Shown one piece after another: positions 1 to 14,160 of a stretch of 64,000 nt of DNA; position 1 is the stretch's first letter, and each line of letters opens with the position of its first letter. A model generated the notes under the pieces. The model was not told where the DNA came from. It searched no databases and saw only the letters and a list, made by a program, of their open reading frames with translations. This DNA is from Bispira polyomma. Lineage: Eukaryota. The DNA lies in NCBI GenBank assembly GCA_965649765.1, contig OZ287749.1, positions 62,930,001 through 62,994,000 on the forward strand, written 5' to 3'. Made by a program: the position numbers and the translations under genes.

Positions 1-194
1 TATTATCTTATGTCAGTGTCTGCACAACAGTCACAACAGCTAAATCCATAATGGGTCCTAAGAACAGTTCATAATTTGGACAGTCTAAATTTCTTGACGA
101 GGGATGAATTAAGATAAACTAAATTGAGTGTCAAAAAACTTTTATTATTGCACAGTGTGGAGACAAGGGAAATCTTTTAAAATATGCAGGTCTA

Positions 195-455
195 ACTTTT
201 TTATCAGGTTCAGCCTGGTATTGTTTTCAATATTGAAAAGGGCGTCGCCATCTGTGGAAAGGGCGCGACCATCTTAGAATTATTTTCTAAGGCCATAATG
301 GATCGGTTGATAGCAATCGACCCGTCTAAACTTAGGGGTGCCAGGTTCATGTTTGTAGGGGTGCCAAGCTGGCCTGAGTATATAGTGGCCATATCAACAT
401 TACTGTATTTCACACTGTGCGCCTTTGTATTTTTTTAAAGACAACTCTTGTTTTG
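195..455 (+). repeat. Dispersed repeat family; further copies at ~4425-4650 (+) and ~7375-7540 (-)
   Basis: Shared blocks AAACT(T/A)AGGGGTG(C/T)CA, TAGTGGCCATAT..AC...TGTATTTCACACTG.GCGCC and TTTTTTAAAGACAACTC.TGTTTTG. Confidence 0.65.
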
Positions 456-737
456 AAATTTAAATTTAATATTTCAAAGGCAACCTATGATGCTGAGATC
501 CTAAAAGGTATGGAGGGATTTTTTAACTGTGAAATATAACCGCTTTGAGGTTTAGACCCCACCCCTCCTCCCAACGTAATTAACAGTAATATAATCTCTG
601 AGATCTTCCATTGATATAATCATTTACTGTGCTTTCTAAAATATATGGATTTCTAGTTTAACAGTTTGTCCAGCTGAATTTCTTTTTCATTATTTGACAC
701 AAGAGATGATTTTATGGAATACAGAGCTCATTTTTTT

Positions 738-786
738 GGGGGGTGGGGGGTGGGGGGTGTGTGGGGGTGGGGGTGGGGGTGGGGGG
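738..786 (+). repeat. (GGGGGT)n G-rich tract with G-quadruplex potential
   Basis: Seven runs of five or more G separated by T or short TG spacers. Confidence 0.85.
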
Positions 787-3700
787 TAATATTGTAAAGT
801 GTAGCTGACGAATTCTTCTTTAAGCTTGGCCTATCAGGTATATGTTTCATACTTTTAGCAGAATCAGAACTCTTTGAGAACAGAGAACGCCCATGAAAGA
901 TATACACATCATGGAGATATTAGTTCATCTGGATATAACTAGTAAATTACCACTGTTATCTAGACTTGAAAAGTCTTTGATCTAGCCCATGGGTCTTTTC
1001 AGAACTAACTCTGGATCTTGCATATTATTTAATAGCGAATTATAGAATGTTATTTTTTATAGGAGCTCGAGTTTGCATATAATAATAATACATTATATTG
1101 TACCATGACAGAGATTTAAGTAAAACATCTAATTATTTTAATATTTTTAAAGAGCCAATTAATGAAACAAAACAAAAAAAAAAAATTTTTTTTTTAAGAT
1201 TTCAAAAGAAAGCTTTCTATTTTCAAAAAGTTTAAGAATTCAGTACTGTTACTGTAAATCGTCATAAAATAGAATGTAACAATAAAATGTTAATAAAATT
1301 TGCAAATCGTTTTAGCTATCTATATTTGTAAAACGATCAAGACTTCAATTAAATTTAATATAACCCATTTATGTTGACACCAATTAGAAGGAGAAAGAGC
1401 CAGGGGGAAAGACCACTACAAATTTAGACCTTGGGATAAATCCTGATTAGCCAGACCAAGATAGACGCGGAAATAGCTACATCCAAATAGATAACTAACT
1501 ATCCCTGTAACTACATCTAAGATTAAGTGCTGTCCAGGAACAGAACATGTTAAGATTATTGTAGCAATATCACTAAAGGAAAGGTTCTTTAAAATGTAAT
1601 GGCCTTTTTGTAAACATTTAAAAATTGAACTGATTGACAAATTGACAATTACTTCTAATTTAAACTTTAAAAAAATTAGATATCAATTAATAACGTGAAG
1701 TATAAGTTCAGGAATATAAGTGAGTAACTTAGGCTTTACTATTTAGATCTACAGATCTGTTGGACGAGATAGGGCCCTTTTATCGCTTACTTTTTACCAT
1801 CTGTTTAGATTACTCTTATTTTACTGAGATTTGTGTGTTTTAATGGTTGATAAATATAGTTTGTTTAAGAATAAGGCCACTGTAATCTTGTTGATTTCAA
1901 CAAACTAAAACTGATTATAAAAAATTCAAAGGATATTTCTGTGTCAAAAAAAAAAAAAAAAAAAATGGAAACAAGAACAGAATGTAAATTAGAACGCAAT
2001 TAAGTATTATGGTTAATTCATCTGAAATATTGAAACATAATGTTGCAGGTAATTTATAAAATAAAAGTGAATTTTTATTATTATAGTTGTGATTCAGTAT
2101 TGTTCGCCTAATTAAACTTCTGGTCAGAGTTTGCATGAACATTTTAATCAGCACCAAGAGGGATTCGAACCCTCATTGACGGAGGGGACCTGTGATTATG
2201 AAGCGAATGCCCACCGTGACTCTTACTTCAATATACAAGAACTTCCACATGTGGTCTTGATTTTAGTGGATTATGGGTTTATGTGGGTTTCTAAAGTATG
2301 GTCCCTGATCCAATTATACATACCAGAGACAAGGTTGTAATGATACAGAGCTTAGGATTAATAACTATCACGTATTTGGTAAATACCAGTTAGTCGTATG
2401 TATATACTGTAACATTAGACATTTGAGCTGGACTAAAATATCACTATGTATTATATTTTTTTTAGTGTAAAATGTAAATGAAAGTTCAAAGTTTGACTGG
2501 GAATTAACGTTCAACATTCAATCTCATTGGTTAAAGTAATTTAACATTTCTACTTGTACAATATCCTGTATACTAACTGAAAAAAGGAAAAACATTAACA
2601 CCTATCGAGTACTGGGCAAATGTAAGATGCTATAGTATTAATCAATAAAGCAGATAATGAATTAAGTACATGTAATCATATACATATGTATATATGTAGG
2701 TAAATGCTCTCTTGGATAATGATAAAAGAAATCTGTTGATTTATAGAACTAACCTCATTAGACACGTAAATAACTGGGGCGAAAGCAAAACCATTAATTA
2801 TAATACTGCAGACTTCCTATTGCCGGGCTTTCAAAAATATACGACTACCTCCAGAAGACGAACTTATTGGTGTGGTTTCCTGTCATAACTGGTTTATAAG
2901 AGGTATACAATTTTCAATGAAATTATACCTTGAAGGTCAAAGGGTCAAAGTTAAAAATCTACCTTGAAAGTCAAATGGCCAAAGTCTAATTGATATCAGA
3001 TTGTGGTGTGGTACACATTCACCCCATACCCGAATTCTCCCAGAAATGACTTCTATTTTCTGAACTGGATGTGATTTTTATGTGTTAGGTAATATGAGGT
3101 CAAATAGAAGTGAAAACTTATTGTTGTACATTCCCACGCCTCCTCTCACACCCAATTACTGAGATTAAGCTAAACAACATATTGCTATAGTCAAGGACAT
3201 GGGTCACGGTCCAGATATTTTACAGTCAATTGTATAGCTATCATAATATTTGGGTGAGGATCACAACTGACCTATAACGTACGTCAGAGAAAGGGAACAT
3301 GTATTTTATTTATTAAACTAATAATAAATATATTTTATTTTTTATGTAAGAAAATCTACGTTACACATAATTCAGCTAATCTAAAAAAAAAAAAACTAAG
3401 TCAGTGTTGTGAAAACGAATTAATACTCTGGTCTAATTGATGTAGTGAATTGAAGTGGAATTATCTGTATCTCTCAAAAATCCGCTTACGGTAATGTACA
3501 AAGAGTTTTCCTAGATTTATCAGCTGATAAAAGTGGACATTTTGTGTAAGATTAGTCTTTAATAGGGCTTAAATATTGTCGAGAACATTAAACTTTATTT
3601 CTATTTTAAGTGAGCCTATATATAAGGTAGTCATAACAGGGCATATTTCTGGTCAGGTAATATCATGTTTGCTTACCGTTTGTCCTTAATTAGAGGTATG

Positions 3701-3988
3701 CAAAGGTTGAATGAGTTTCAAATAAAAATAGACTTATTAACAAACTGTAACCTTGAACAAGGCTAGTCGCAGATAAATCTATAAGAGGAAATACTTGAGC
3801 TTTGTGAAGACATAAGTGAGTGGGATCCAGCCTTGCATGTACTAAGTGTACAGGAAAATGACATGTACAATAGAATAGATAAAAAATATCAACCAACTGA
3901 AAAACTGGATATGTCTTATACATATATTTGAGTGTTTACACATGAAGTATATTTGTAACAAGAGAAAACTACTACTGTTAATTGTATT

Positions 3989-4064
3989 CAAAGGTGAGTA
4001 AAATATGTGTGTCAAAGGTGAGTAAAATATGTGTGTCAAAGGTGAGTAAAATATGTGTGTCAAA
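3989..4064 (+). repeat. 24-bp tandem repeat x3 (CAAAGGTGAGTAAAATATGTGTGT)
   Basis: Three perfect adjacent copies; a partial copy at ~4118. Confidence 0.95.
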
Positions 4065-6124
4065 TAGAGTACCCATTTGTTTGAAATGTGTGTATTTACC
4101 AAAGTAAGTACCATGATAAGGTGAGTAAAATATAAGCTGTAAATGAGCCTAGGTTTTCCTTCAGGAGATAGGTGATGGGTGACTGGTGATCCATTGAAAA
4201 CATTGTGAATTAAGTATTTAGTTTTCATCGTACCAACTTGTCGTTCAAATAGCTAACTTAATTCCTAGTGAAAGTGTCCGCTTGCACAGCAATGACCACA
4301 TGTATTTACAACAAAATGACAAACTAAATGATTCAGTAAAGTGATAACATTTTGCAAAGCAATCTTTAAAGATTTGTGTTAAGTCAAGCAAGGGGTGGAC
4401 CTTATGTATCAAGTAGATATACGTTTTATTTATCAGGCGTAGCGTGAGATTGTTTTCATTCTGAAAAGGGTGCCACCATTTTAAACAAATATGTAAAGCC
4501 TTAATGGATTGGTTAAAAGCAATGGACCTGGCCAAACTAAGGGGTGTCATATTTATTGTTATCAGGCGCGGCCTGTCTGATTTTATACATATGTAGTGGC
4601 CATATTAACGTTAATGTATTTCACACTGAGCGCCAGTGTATTTTTGTTCCGGTTACCGTATAATATTCATCCTACTGTTCACTTATACCGACAGGTAAAA
4701 AAAAACAATCTAACCTGTTATATCTGACCTTCCGTCCCTTTACATATAAATCTTTATTGCAGTATCTGAACCTGTAGTTATAGAACCGTGTATAAATCAT
4801 TTCTCTTATGTCAACACTGTACAGGTATATGAATGAAAGAACAACCCATTCCCCCAGGTCAATTATAAATTCCGAGTAGCTTCCGACAAATAGAAATTAT
4901 CCGCTAAACTGGTTCCCGCTTTTTAGATTGAAATATGCTGTTTACACGTGAAGCAAACCTTGTCTATTATTAAAGAAGACCCAGCCACAGTTTATTTACT
5001 TTGTAAGATAAGTTTTAGTGCAAAATCACATAAAGCCATCTGTAAATAATGGTTTAAAATGTACCTGTAGGTTAGACACCTCAGGCAATATAACTAAGAG
5101 CACTGTACTTATTAACATCCCAAATGAGGCTTGAACAATTCGTTGGAACAAATATTTCATTTAAAATGTGCGGTAAAATTTAAAAAAAAACCTTAAAACA
5201 TACTGGAAATTAAAAGAAATCGAAAGTCTACGTTTTACGTCTATTGCTCAAAGTTAGAATAGTTCAAGCAGTTGACATGTAATGTTAACAATACCAAATA
5301 TGTGTTGAAAAGAGACCAGTCAAGTATTGAAAACTTGGGGTGGGAGGGACAAAACTTCTCTACCTAGCCTAGATTAGACGTGATACAGTGTTTATAGGAA
5401 TAAATGACAATCCATTTTAAATAGCAGTCACTCCGATATAGTATTACTGATAACAAAAAAAATATACTCCTCTACAGTTGTTTATTCTTCAAACTATTTT
5501 CAAATTGATTTCCTGGTTTTATGTACGTATTGTTTCCAACATGGCTTCGCTTTCCAACATTAAATCACCCCTTTATAGATTGAAAAGGGAATGCTTCCCA
5601 CTATCTTACAGTTACATGAGCTAGAGATTCTGTCTTTGATATAAGAGGGAGTTAAATATATTTTCGCCTGATCAAAAGAGTGTACGTCTTTTTCCCTAGT
5701 ATGTCAATAAATTTCAGTTAAAATTTGGCCAGTAAGCCATTTATAGACAAGCTTCCTTTCAGGGAGAAAGGACAAGTAAAAATGGGATCTTTAAGGTTTC
5801 GTGAGATCAATATTCACAAAATCTTCGCTTATGGCCAATATATATATGCAAGATATATTCAAATGATGTACAGCTTCAAATAACCCCTAGGTATCCTTTC
5901 CTGTATCAATTTCTCTTGTTTGCTAATCAATAGTCTGCTATAACAAAAACATCCTTGTAAGAAAAATAAAAGGCCTTTGTGTAAAATATATTGTTTTATT
6001 TACCAGAAGTTGTCTGATATCTTAGAAATCTTAAGAATTATATTACTATCATACAGGGTGCTTAAACACTAAACGAGGCTATGTACATATTTTTAATCTT
6101 TATTTATTTACTTTGCAACACGGC

Positions 6125-6515
6125 NNNNNNNNNNNNNNNNNNNNNNNNNNNNNNNNNNNNNNNNNNNNNNNNNNNNNNNNNNNNNNNNNNNNNNNNNNNN
6201 NNNNNNNNNNNNNNNNNNNNNNNNNNNNNNNNNNNNNNNNNNNNNNNNNNNNNNNNNNNNNNNNNNNNNNNNNNNNNNNNNNNNNNNNNNNNNNNNNNNN
6301 NNNNNNNNNNNNNNNNNNNNNNNNNNNNNNNNNNNNNNNNNNNNNNNNNNNNNNNNNNNNNNNNNNNNNNNNNNNNNNNNNNNNNNNNNNNNNNNNNNNN
6401 NNNNNNNNNNNNNNNNNNNNNNNNNNNNNNNNNNNNNNNNNNNNNNNNNNNNNNNNNNNNNNNNNNNNNNNNNNNNNNNNNNNNNNNNNNNNNNNNNNNN
6501 NNNNNNNNNNNNNNN
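6125..6515. other. Assembly gap (391 N)
   Basis: Run of N. Confidence 1.
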
Positions 6516-6774
6516 AGCCAAAAGCTAGCCTTTCCCTTACTAAAAAATAATGTCCCCCATGCAAGATATATTTTAGAATTTCTTTTCCACAAGGAAAGCT
6601 TCACACACTATCTTAGAGCTATATCTGATCTAATCTAATTAATTCCATAATGACGCCTAATCTCTGTACTAGCGGATTCTAAGGCACAACAAACAAAGCT
6701 GGTGATATCTGTCTTTCATATAAGAAGTAGTTGAATATAAGTGTACATTATGGATAGTTCTTAGGACATGTAGT

Positions 6775-6875
6775 CTCTGTGGCCCCTCTTGACTTTGGAT
6801 TAGAAAGTCTCCGGTACGATCCTCGCTGCTGGCATAGAGATTGTACCCTTTGGCAAGGCACTTTACACAAAAGTT
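6775..6875 (+). mobile_element. Old tRNA-SINE remnant (CORE-like body)
   Basis: Degenerate B box GGTACGATCC followed by TGTACCCTTTGGCAAGGCACTTTAC. Confidence 0.4.
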
Positions 6876-9800
6876 GTCTCCCTTAGGGAGCCAAGAATGA
6901 ACAATTGGTTGACAAATACAAGAACCCAGGCTGGGGTGTAAAAATATGAAAATACATGATATCTCATCATGTCATATAAAACTGTAACCCTACATTTACA
7001 TCTGAGAGCTAGGTTCACATACAGTAGAATACATGTACTCCCGTTTATTGTCCATCATTACTTTCTTATCCCCTTTGTCAAGTTGGCACTTGTTTACTTT
7101 TGTTCTACATGAATAATAATATTTATAATTGAAGTTCAGGGAGTAAAGCTTTCTCAATTAATTATCACTACACAGAGTCCGAATTTAGGATTGTTTAGTC
7201 TGGTCAATGTCCATATTATGTTACTACATTACTTTGTCCCATATCCCTTTTCTGTTTAAAATCTAAGTCTTTGCACAATATCTTCCTCAAAACAAGGATT
7301 CGGCCAAAACCACAAATCGTTAGCCAAATTTTAGAATATTGAGGGACATAAGCGGATCAGAGGTGACTGTGCACGAGAGAAGAGTTTGGTAGGGTAGGCT
7401 GATGATGCGAATTGGTGACTTTTGAGGTACGGCCTGAAGAAACTTAAACATAGAACACAGTGAGTGAATGGAGCTTGAACAAAACACGAGTTGTCTTTTA
7501 AAAAAAATGTTACTGACACCCCTTAGTTTGGACTAAATTTGTATTTTCAAGATATAAAAGATGCACCAGAGGGACCGGTGACTGGTACATCAGAGACCGG
7601 TTTCACTATGTCGATTGCTTCCAACCAATCCATGAAGGCATTACATATTTTAAACATGGCTGCGTCCTTTTCAGAATTAAATCAATTTGCCTGATAAAAA
7701 TCCCACAAATGTCAGACAATATGTCCACGAGAAAAATTGAAATATACATTTACCATTTTTAGAACTAATATGTCAGTATTAAAAAACCCAAACAGATTAT
7801 CAAAAGAGTAGTATTTTATTAATAAGAAATCTATGATTTTTTTCTCACAAAAAAAGAGAGCCTTAAAAAGGTTTGCCCTTGGCCCCGAGAAAAAACACCA
7901 AAAGAAAGAAGAAAATCACTTGGCTCCACTGACGCGAACAAGCTACCCTGTTAAATGGCCTATTTATTTGTGTTTACTTTCTTGTAGATTTCAAAAATGT
8001 TGTTTGCAAAATAAGAGTAGCAGGGGGAGGGGGTTATGAGGAGGGGGCGTCAGAGGAATTTAGTGATATTTATACACTATATATATATATCCAGTTTTTA
8101 TATAAAAAGACTTGCCTGTTTGTAAATACTGGTAGAATACACATGTATGGTACATACATACCTACACACACAAACTAAACTGGCAGTCATGTAATGTGGC
8201 AATTTTACATCAAACTGAAAAGGGGTGTGTAAATAGTTGGGGACAACATTTTAGAAATATACATTATATGTCTAATATATCTAGATGTAGATATATTATA
8301 CACATGCATATAACTTGTTATCAGGTGAAACATGTCGGGGATGTGTAAGAACCTGTATTTATGTACACAAAGAAATCAGTGTGGTAAAGACGTGTGAGAC
8401 ATAAACGTTTTGTAGGTGGGTGTAGTTTGAAATTTGTCCTATCTCATATATTATGTGTCTCTGTCTGTCTTTCTCCCACTCTATGTTTGTGTGCTTGCTG
8501 TGCACATTTTAGGTGTGGAGTATTAATTAATTTTTCGAGACAGTGGTGAGATGTAGAGTTATACATGAAACTTATATACACTATTTTCTCTCGAAATGCT
8601 GAATTGCAGATAGGAAGGTGAAGCAGTGTCAGTTGGGTTTTCTTAATTTATACATTTTTGTTTCGAGAGAATGAAAGTATATACTGAGTGAATACTGGTG
8701 CTTTGGATATAAAACATAATGATAGGTATATATAGATACAGTTGACATTTTATATGCATGTATTTTTGTGTAAATGTATAATTTGGGATATCCTGTTTAA
8801 CTGCTGATAAATAACATTGCAAGTGGGAAAAAGGAGATAAAGTATACAGTATACTTCCTTTTCAAAAGCAGTAGCTCTGTGAAATCATTTGTAGGAATTG
8901 GTAAGAGAGATATACTTGTTTATTTTGTAATATCTATCTATCTAACTATATATATATATAGTACTTCCTCTTGTACCGTCTTAATATACAAAATCCAATA
9001 CCCATGTTTTAGCTTGCAGTAAATATGTTTGTTGTAATTTTTTAATCTATTGAACAGGGGGCATTTCATCCATGGGTATTAAATTATTGACACGTTATAC
9101 TAGATTAAAAAATTGTAATCATAAGTGTTAATTTAAAAGGGAAGTTCACTGATAAGTTCACTGGAATTCAATTTCAGTATTGGCTCTTTCCAGTTGATAT
9201 ACAAGTTCCAAATTTTCACTCAGAAGTAATTTTCAATATCTAAATTTATTACCAATTTTTTTTCCCCAACTGTTTTATTACACATCTTTTATGTTATGAA
9301 CATTCTATTTTCTGAACAGATCTAATCATACGGATATTACAGGTTCTACTCCCAACTATGTTTTGGGGCAGCTGTAAAATGTACTAATTCATTTGAACAA
9401 GTTGTATTTGTCATATAACATCTGCTGAGATATGTGTTAACATCTGCCACGGTTACATAGTTATGGAGAATGACAGTTACTGGTGCTGGATGGCTGTACC
9501 TTGGGAAGTCAAGAAAAATATGTATTAGCCCATTTGGATACGAAGCAGATAAATGCACCGAGTATAAATTTGAATATGAATAATTGAAGTTATTAACATT
9601 TCTACTTCTGCAGAACATAATGCCCTCTTATAGTCCTCAAAACAGTGTTCTGTTTTTTTTGTGTGTGTGAAATAGACTAACTATAGTAACTTTCCCTTGT
9701 TGAATATGTAAATCTCCAAAAAAAGAAACAATATTTCGGTACTGTTTAATGTAAATTTCACAAAATGAAGACAATATTTGAGTACTGTTTAACACTTGGA

Positions 9801-10205
9801 TAAAGCCACCCCATCCTCTCTATGGACGTGTTGTACTTAAGTGTTATGTTGGATGAAATGACAGATGGTACAATTAAGGACACAAGAAGAGGGGCCTAGG
9901 GCCAACTGTTTTGGTTTGGTATAAATTGAAGGCTTTTGTCGTCATTGACAACCTAAAACCTGTGTAGGTCATCCTATTTACTGCCTGAGTGATACTGTAT
10001 AAGACTTTTAGCTGTAAAATGGGCACATTTTAAACACTAAATTTTCAAAAGTGTAGAATCTATCGTCAGAAATCTTTGATGCGTGAAATAAGTACAAGGA
10101 CGAAATATTTCGAGTTTATGGTATAATATGGGTTATGGGGGTTGGGGGGGGATGAGGGGCGGGAGAATTTGCTAATTTATTGATATATTGACAAGACGTG
10201 CGACT

Positions 10206-10207
<2 letters not shown>

Positions 10208-10244
<37 letters not shown>
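10208..10244. repeat. (TA)n microsatellite
   Basis: Seen directly. Confidence 0.95.
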
Positions 10245-10248
<4 letters not shown>

Positions 10249-11268
10249 ATGCTTAAGCTATAGCTCAATGTGTTATCATTTTTAGCAGGATTGATGGTAA
10301 GGTCTTCTGTGTAAAATCCCAGGAAATTAACTCATTTATCATATAAGTAATAGACTGTATTCACATGACAGGACATATATGGTATATCTATACATAAGCC
10401 ACATGTAATGGAGATAATTGGATCAGGCAAATGAATTGGGTGGTATAGTTTCTATTCATATATTGTATTTTCTTCTTTGAATGAAATCTTTTTTGGGGGT
10501 GATGGGCTTTTTATATACGAGAAGGCTATATTTGATTAATGAATGTCCATTGTCCGTGGCTTCACAGGGAGCCCAAATGGTATTATTATATAAATACATG
10601 TAAACACACACCCACCAACACACATATACACCTTTTGTGAGAGAAGAAAAAAAAAGTTAAAAAAAAAAGCCTTGGGTGTGATGTTCTACTATTTATTTTG
10701 TAAATAAGCTCTATTACATCTCTTAATATAACAGCTGTAAACTACTAGACACCCAGCAAGGTTAATAAACTAACTTTTTAACTTGTGGATTCAGATTACT
10801 AATACGTCAAATTGTCACTTAAATGTTGGTGTTATCTAAAAATACTAAACTAATACAAAGAACTGTAGAATCTTTACCTCAGAGATTTATAATTTAGAGC
10901 AGAAGCTGGCTGTGTATGTGCTGGTGTGTGTGTCACTGAGATTTTGTTTGTCTAAATATGGTCATTTCAGTATTTCAAATTGCAGACGCTGATCATAGAA
11001 AAAAAACCCCCCGTAAAGTGAGCTTTGTTGTGATCTATGTATAGCTTGTCTACCTAATATACACACAGTATAGAATCTATCAACGTCGAATTGTAGATGT
11101 GTATGCAGTATATACTACAGTATACAAACAAGGCTTTATAATACACTTGTATATATATCTCTTTGGCAGGTTTTAGATTGTGGTGACAGCTACAAGGATA
11201 CAAACTGAATGTGAACACACACACAACATACAAGAAGACACAAGTTCTATTTGTAACCGTGGATTAAA

Positions 11269-11493
11269 ATGGGAGCATGTTGTGGGAAAGGTTCCAAACC
11301 AAAGGATCCGGATAAAACGCCGTATGGGGCAATTCCAGCCGAACCACCCCCGACTATTCATGAGCCGAAGGAACGCACAAAGGCAAGGTCTTATGACGTA
11401 CCGGAAATCACCGTCGGCGAACGGACGTCGGGAGGGAAACCGGTGGAACACGAGGACAGCCGAGTGAACGAAGCGTCGCCGATTACTATACAG
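11269..11493 (+). CDS. Gene 1 coding exon 1: MGACCGKGSK... (N-myristoylation plus Cys palmitoylation-type motif; contains YDVP)
   Basis: aaaATGg start context; GC-richer coding-like sequence in an AT-rich background; candidate acceptors at 11168-69 or 11175-76 (so a 5' UTR exon lies further upstream); donor CAG|GCAAGT at 11493/11494. Confidence 0.8.
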
Positions 11494-13631
11494 GCAAGTA
11501 TTTTAATTGTCGTTAATTTACGGTATGTCAATGAGATAAAGTGACGTCTTTGCAAATCAAATGTTGGAAATATTCTGTGATTATATGGTTCTTTCAGTTG
11601 AATCAAACAAATAATCAACCTTTTACCCCATCAACAATTAAATTCTTCCAGGATCAACCATATGTTTTTGCCACGGTTTGTTTGTATGTTATTGTGCACA
11701 AATACTACTGAACTGAGTTTGATCAAATTTTGTGTAGGACTAGGCCATGTGTCGAGGAAGAACGATGAACTCATTGCATTTTGGGGCAGTGCATACCTTG
11801 TCAATGTGGTACGCAATGCCCAAACATGAAAAACAAGGTTACATCAAAACTACTTAACCGTTATCTGCCAAATTTTATTCACATTATTGTTGGACAGCAT
11901 ATTCTGATAAGTTATGCAGAGATTTTCATCAAGCTTGCTGGACATAGTTATTTCCCCGGCACAGACCCTTTCGAATTTGTACCCCATGGCAGAGTCTATA
12001 TTCAGTGTAGACTGAGTTTTCTGTCCTTCCTGATGCCTTGATTTACTGACGGTACGCACAGCGAAGGACAGAGTGGTTACTAAATTATTATGTTCTCTTC
12101 AATGGAAAATATACAGAATTTCTTCAAATAATGATATTTAATTAAGTACTTTTAGGTTAGCCATAAGTTATAATATTGTGTACGGCTATTGTAATAATCA
12201 ATATATAACCACAGACTAAATTAAAAGATTACATGTTTTTGTTATAGTTGCGGTGTCAGATTTGTTCAATTTTGCTCAGGTAACCGCTCTGTCCCTTGCC
12301 ATGTGTACCATCAGTAAAAATCAAAGCATTGTCGAGGACAGAAACTTGGTCTATATTCAGTGCTGTTGTATTTAGAATGTAACAGAAAGCTCTAAATAAG
12401 GATGCACATTGTTCAAAATTAATTAAGTACTAAAGGGCAAATAGGAAGGTACGTAGTGGCAAAAATTATGAACCTAGCTAAAAATATAATCTGCATTTTA
12501 AATATACAAATCATCGGGACAATACATTTTCAGTTGGAATTTCCCTTTGTAAAATAATTTTAAGTGAGTGCAATACTCATTTTACTGTCATCTCTTCATT
12601 CAAATTCAGTCTTGTGAAAATATTGATCATTTACTTCAGCCCAAAATTTGGTACATGTATATGATGTTGTAATGTGGGTTTTACAAGAGAGACTTAGTTC
12701 TAACAAGTAAGCATATGCATTGCATGACTGTATGAGCCTTTTAGAGAAGCTATTTGCTTCTGAAGAACCCATGATTTTATAAATCCTACTTTTCACAAAA
12801 AGAAATTGTGTCTTTGTGAGTATATTGTTACACGTATGGTGAATAACTATAATTTCTGTAATAAACACCCATGGGCTTTTCACTTTTCTGAAAGGGGATC
12901 TGGTGTTAAAGGACACCTTTATTAAGCGGTGGTGTAATATTTTGTTAAAAGGTCATTGCATAATGTTTAAAACATTTAAACTACACACAGAATGTCTGGA
13001 TGCTTAACCGTAAGCAAAAGAAATTTACATGCTCATCATCTGCATTATCTTACAATTAGCTAATACAAGTCACTCTTTAAACATTTTTAACATCCCTGGT
13101 TAAGGATAGATGTAACAATTATTATTATATTTTAGTGTATTACACCTGCTGAAATAGTGGCATTTAGTGGTCTAGATATGTCTTTAAAAGGGAGGGCGAT
13201 GTATAATTAGACAGGGGGCCTTTATACAGAAAATGAAGTTAATGATAGCTGTATGATGAACCAACTGACAGAGTGGAAAAATAGACCAATTTATGATGTG
13301 TGTCAAGTTAGTTCTTTATCTGAAATAAGGACCAGTGATAAAACTACTTCAAGCGCCACTTACTAGTTATTGAAGCAGGGAAAGTTATCTTTGACGTCAA
13401 GATCAAAACACTCCTAAGTTATCAGAAGAAGAAAAAGTCATACAAGAGTATGTGGAAAAACAGCTTTAAAGCTCGCAAATGAAAATAACATGTACCAGTA
13501 GTGGTATTCAAATACATGTACATACAACTGGTGTTGTAAATGGGATTCTTAGCCTTTCTCAGCCTCAAGTCTCAGCATAATTGAGCCTTTAATGAAGTTA
13601 CCTTAAACATTGTTTTATCTCAGTAAAACAC

Positions 13632-13888
13632 GGGGGCCGCGGTGGCCTAGTGGTTAGCAAGCATGGCGCTTCACAATCACTGGTCTCTCACCTCTGGGCG
13701 GCGTGAGTTCGAATCCCGTCGATGCCTATGTGGGAAAGGTGGTAGTTCCTTACTGTGGGCCGCTGGTTTCTCTGCAGAACCTTGACCGACTGTATGCAGT
13801 GTTTCCTCCAGCGTTTCCAACTACCCGTCCCAATATAACCTACTAAAAGGTACTAGAGTGGACGTTAAATATCCAAATTCAATTCAAA
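13632..13888 (+). mobile_element. tRNA-derived SINE, full length, 15-bp TSD
   Basis: A box TGGCCTAGTGG, B box GAGTTCGAATC, tail CAAATTCAATTCAAA; direct repeat ATCTCAGTAAAACAC at 13617-13631 and 13889-13903; two more close copies in the window. Confidence 0.92.
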
Positions 13889-13974
13889 ATCTCAGTAAAA
13901 CACATTAGAAATACCTTTAATGACCCTACCATAAACATTGTTTTATCTCAGTGAAACAAATTAGGAATACCAAG

Positions 13975-14160
13975 GTAGCCTCTGCTTCTGTGATCTTGGG
14001 TTCAAACCTCAGCCTTGGCATGTATATGGGAAAGTTGGTAGTAGACTTGCTGAAAGCCAGTAGTTTGTAGACCAGAAACCCCTGTTTTGATTATATTCAA
14101 CAGTGAACTGCCAGTAATAAGATGACACAAAACATGTTAAAAGAGATATTAAGCCTAAAC
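13975..14160 (+). mobile_element. Older diverged SINE remnant
   Basis: B-box-like GGGTTCAAACC followed by TATATGGGAAAGTTGGTAGT, resembling the body of the young SINE. Confidence 0.5.

Noticed and set aside
6081-6638. Five 137-185-aa ORFs
   Set aside because: Artefacts of the N gap.
13632-13720. Possible tRNA gene
   Set aside because: A and B boxes are present, but the spacing is extended and the head continues into a shared body with tail and TSD in three copies, so it is a SINE.
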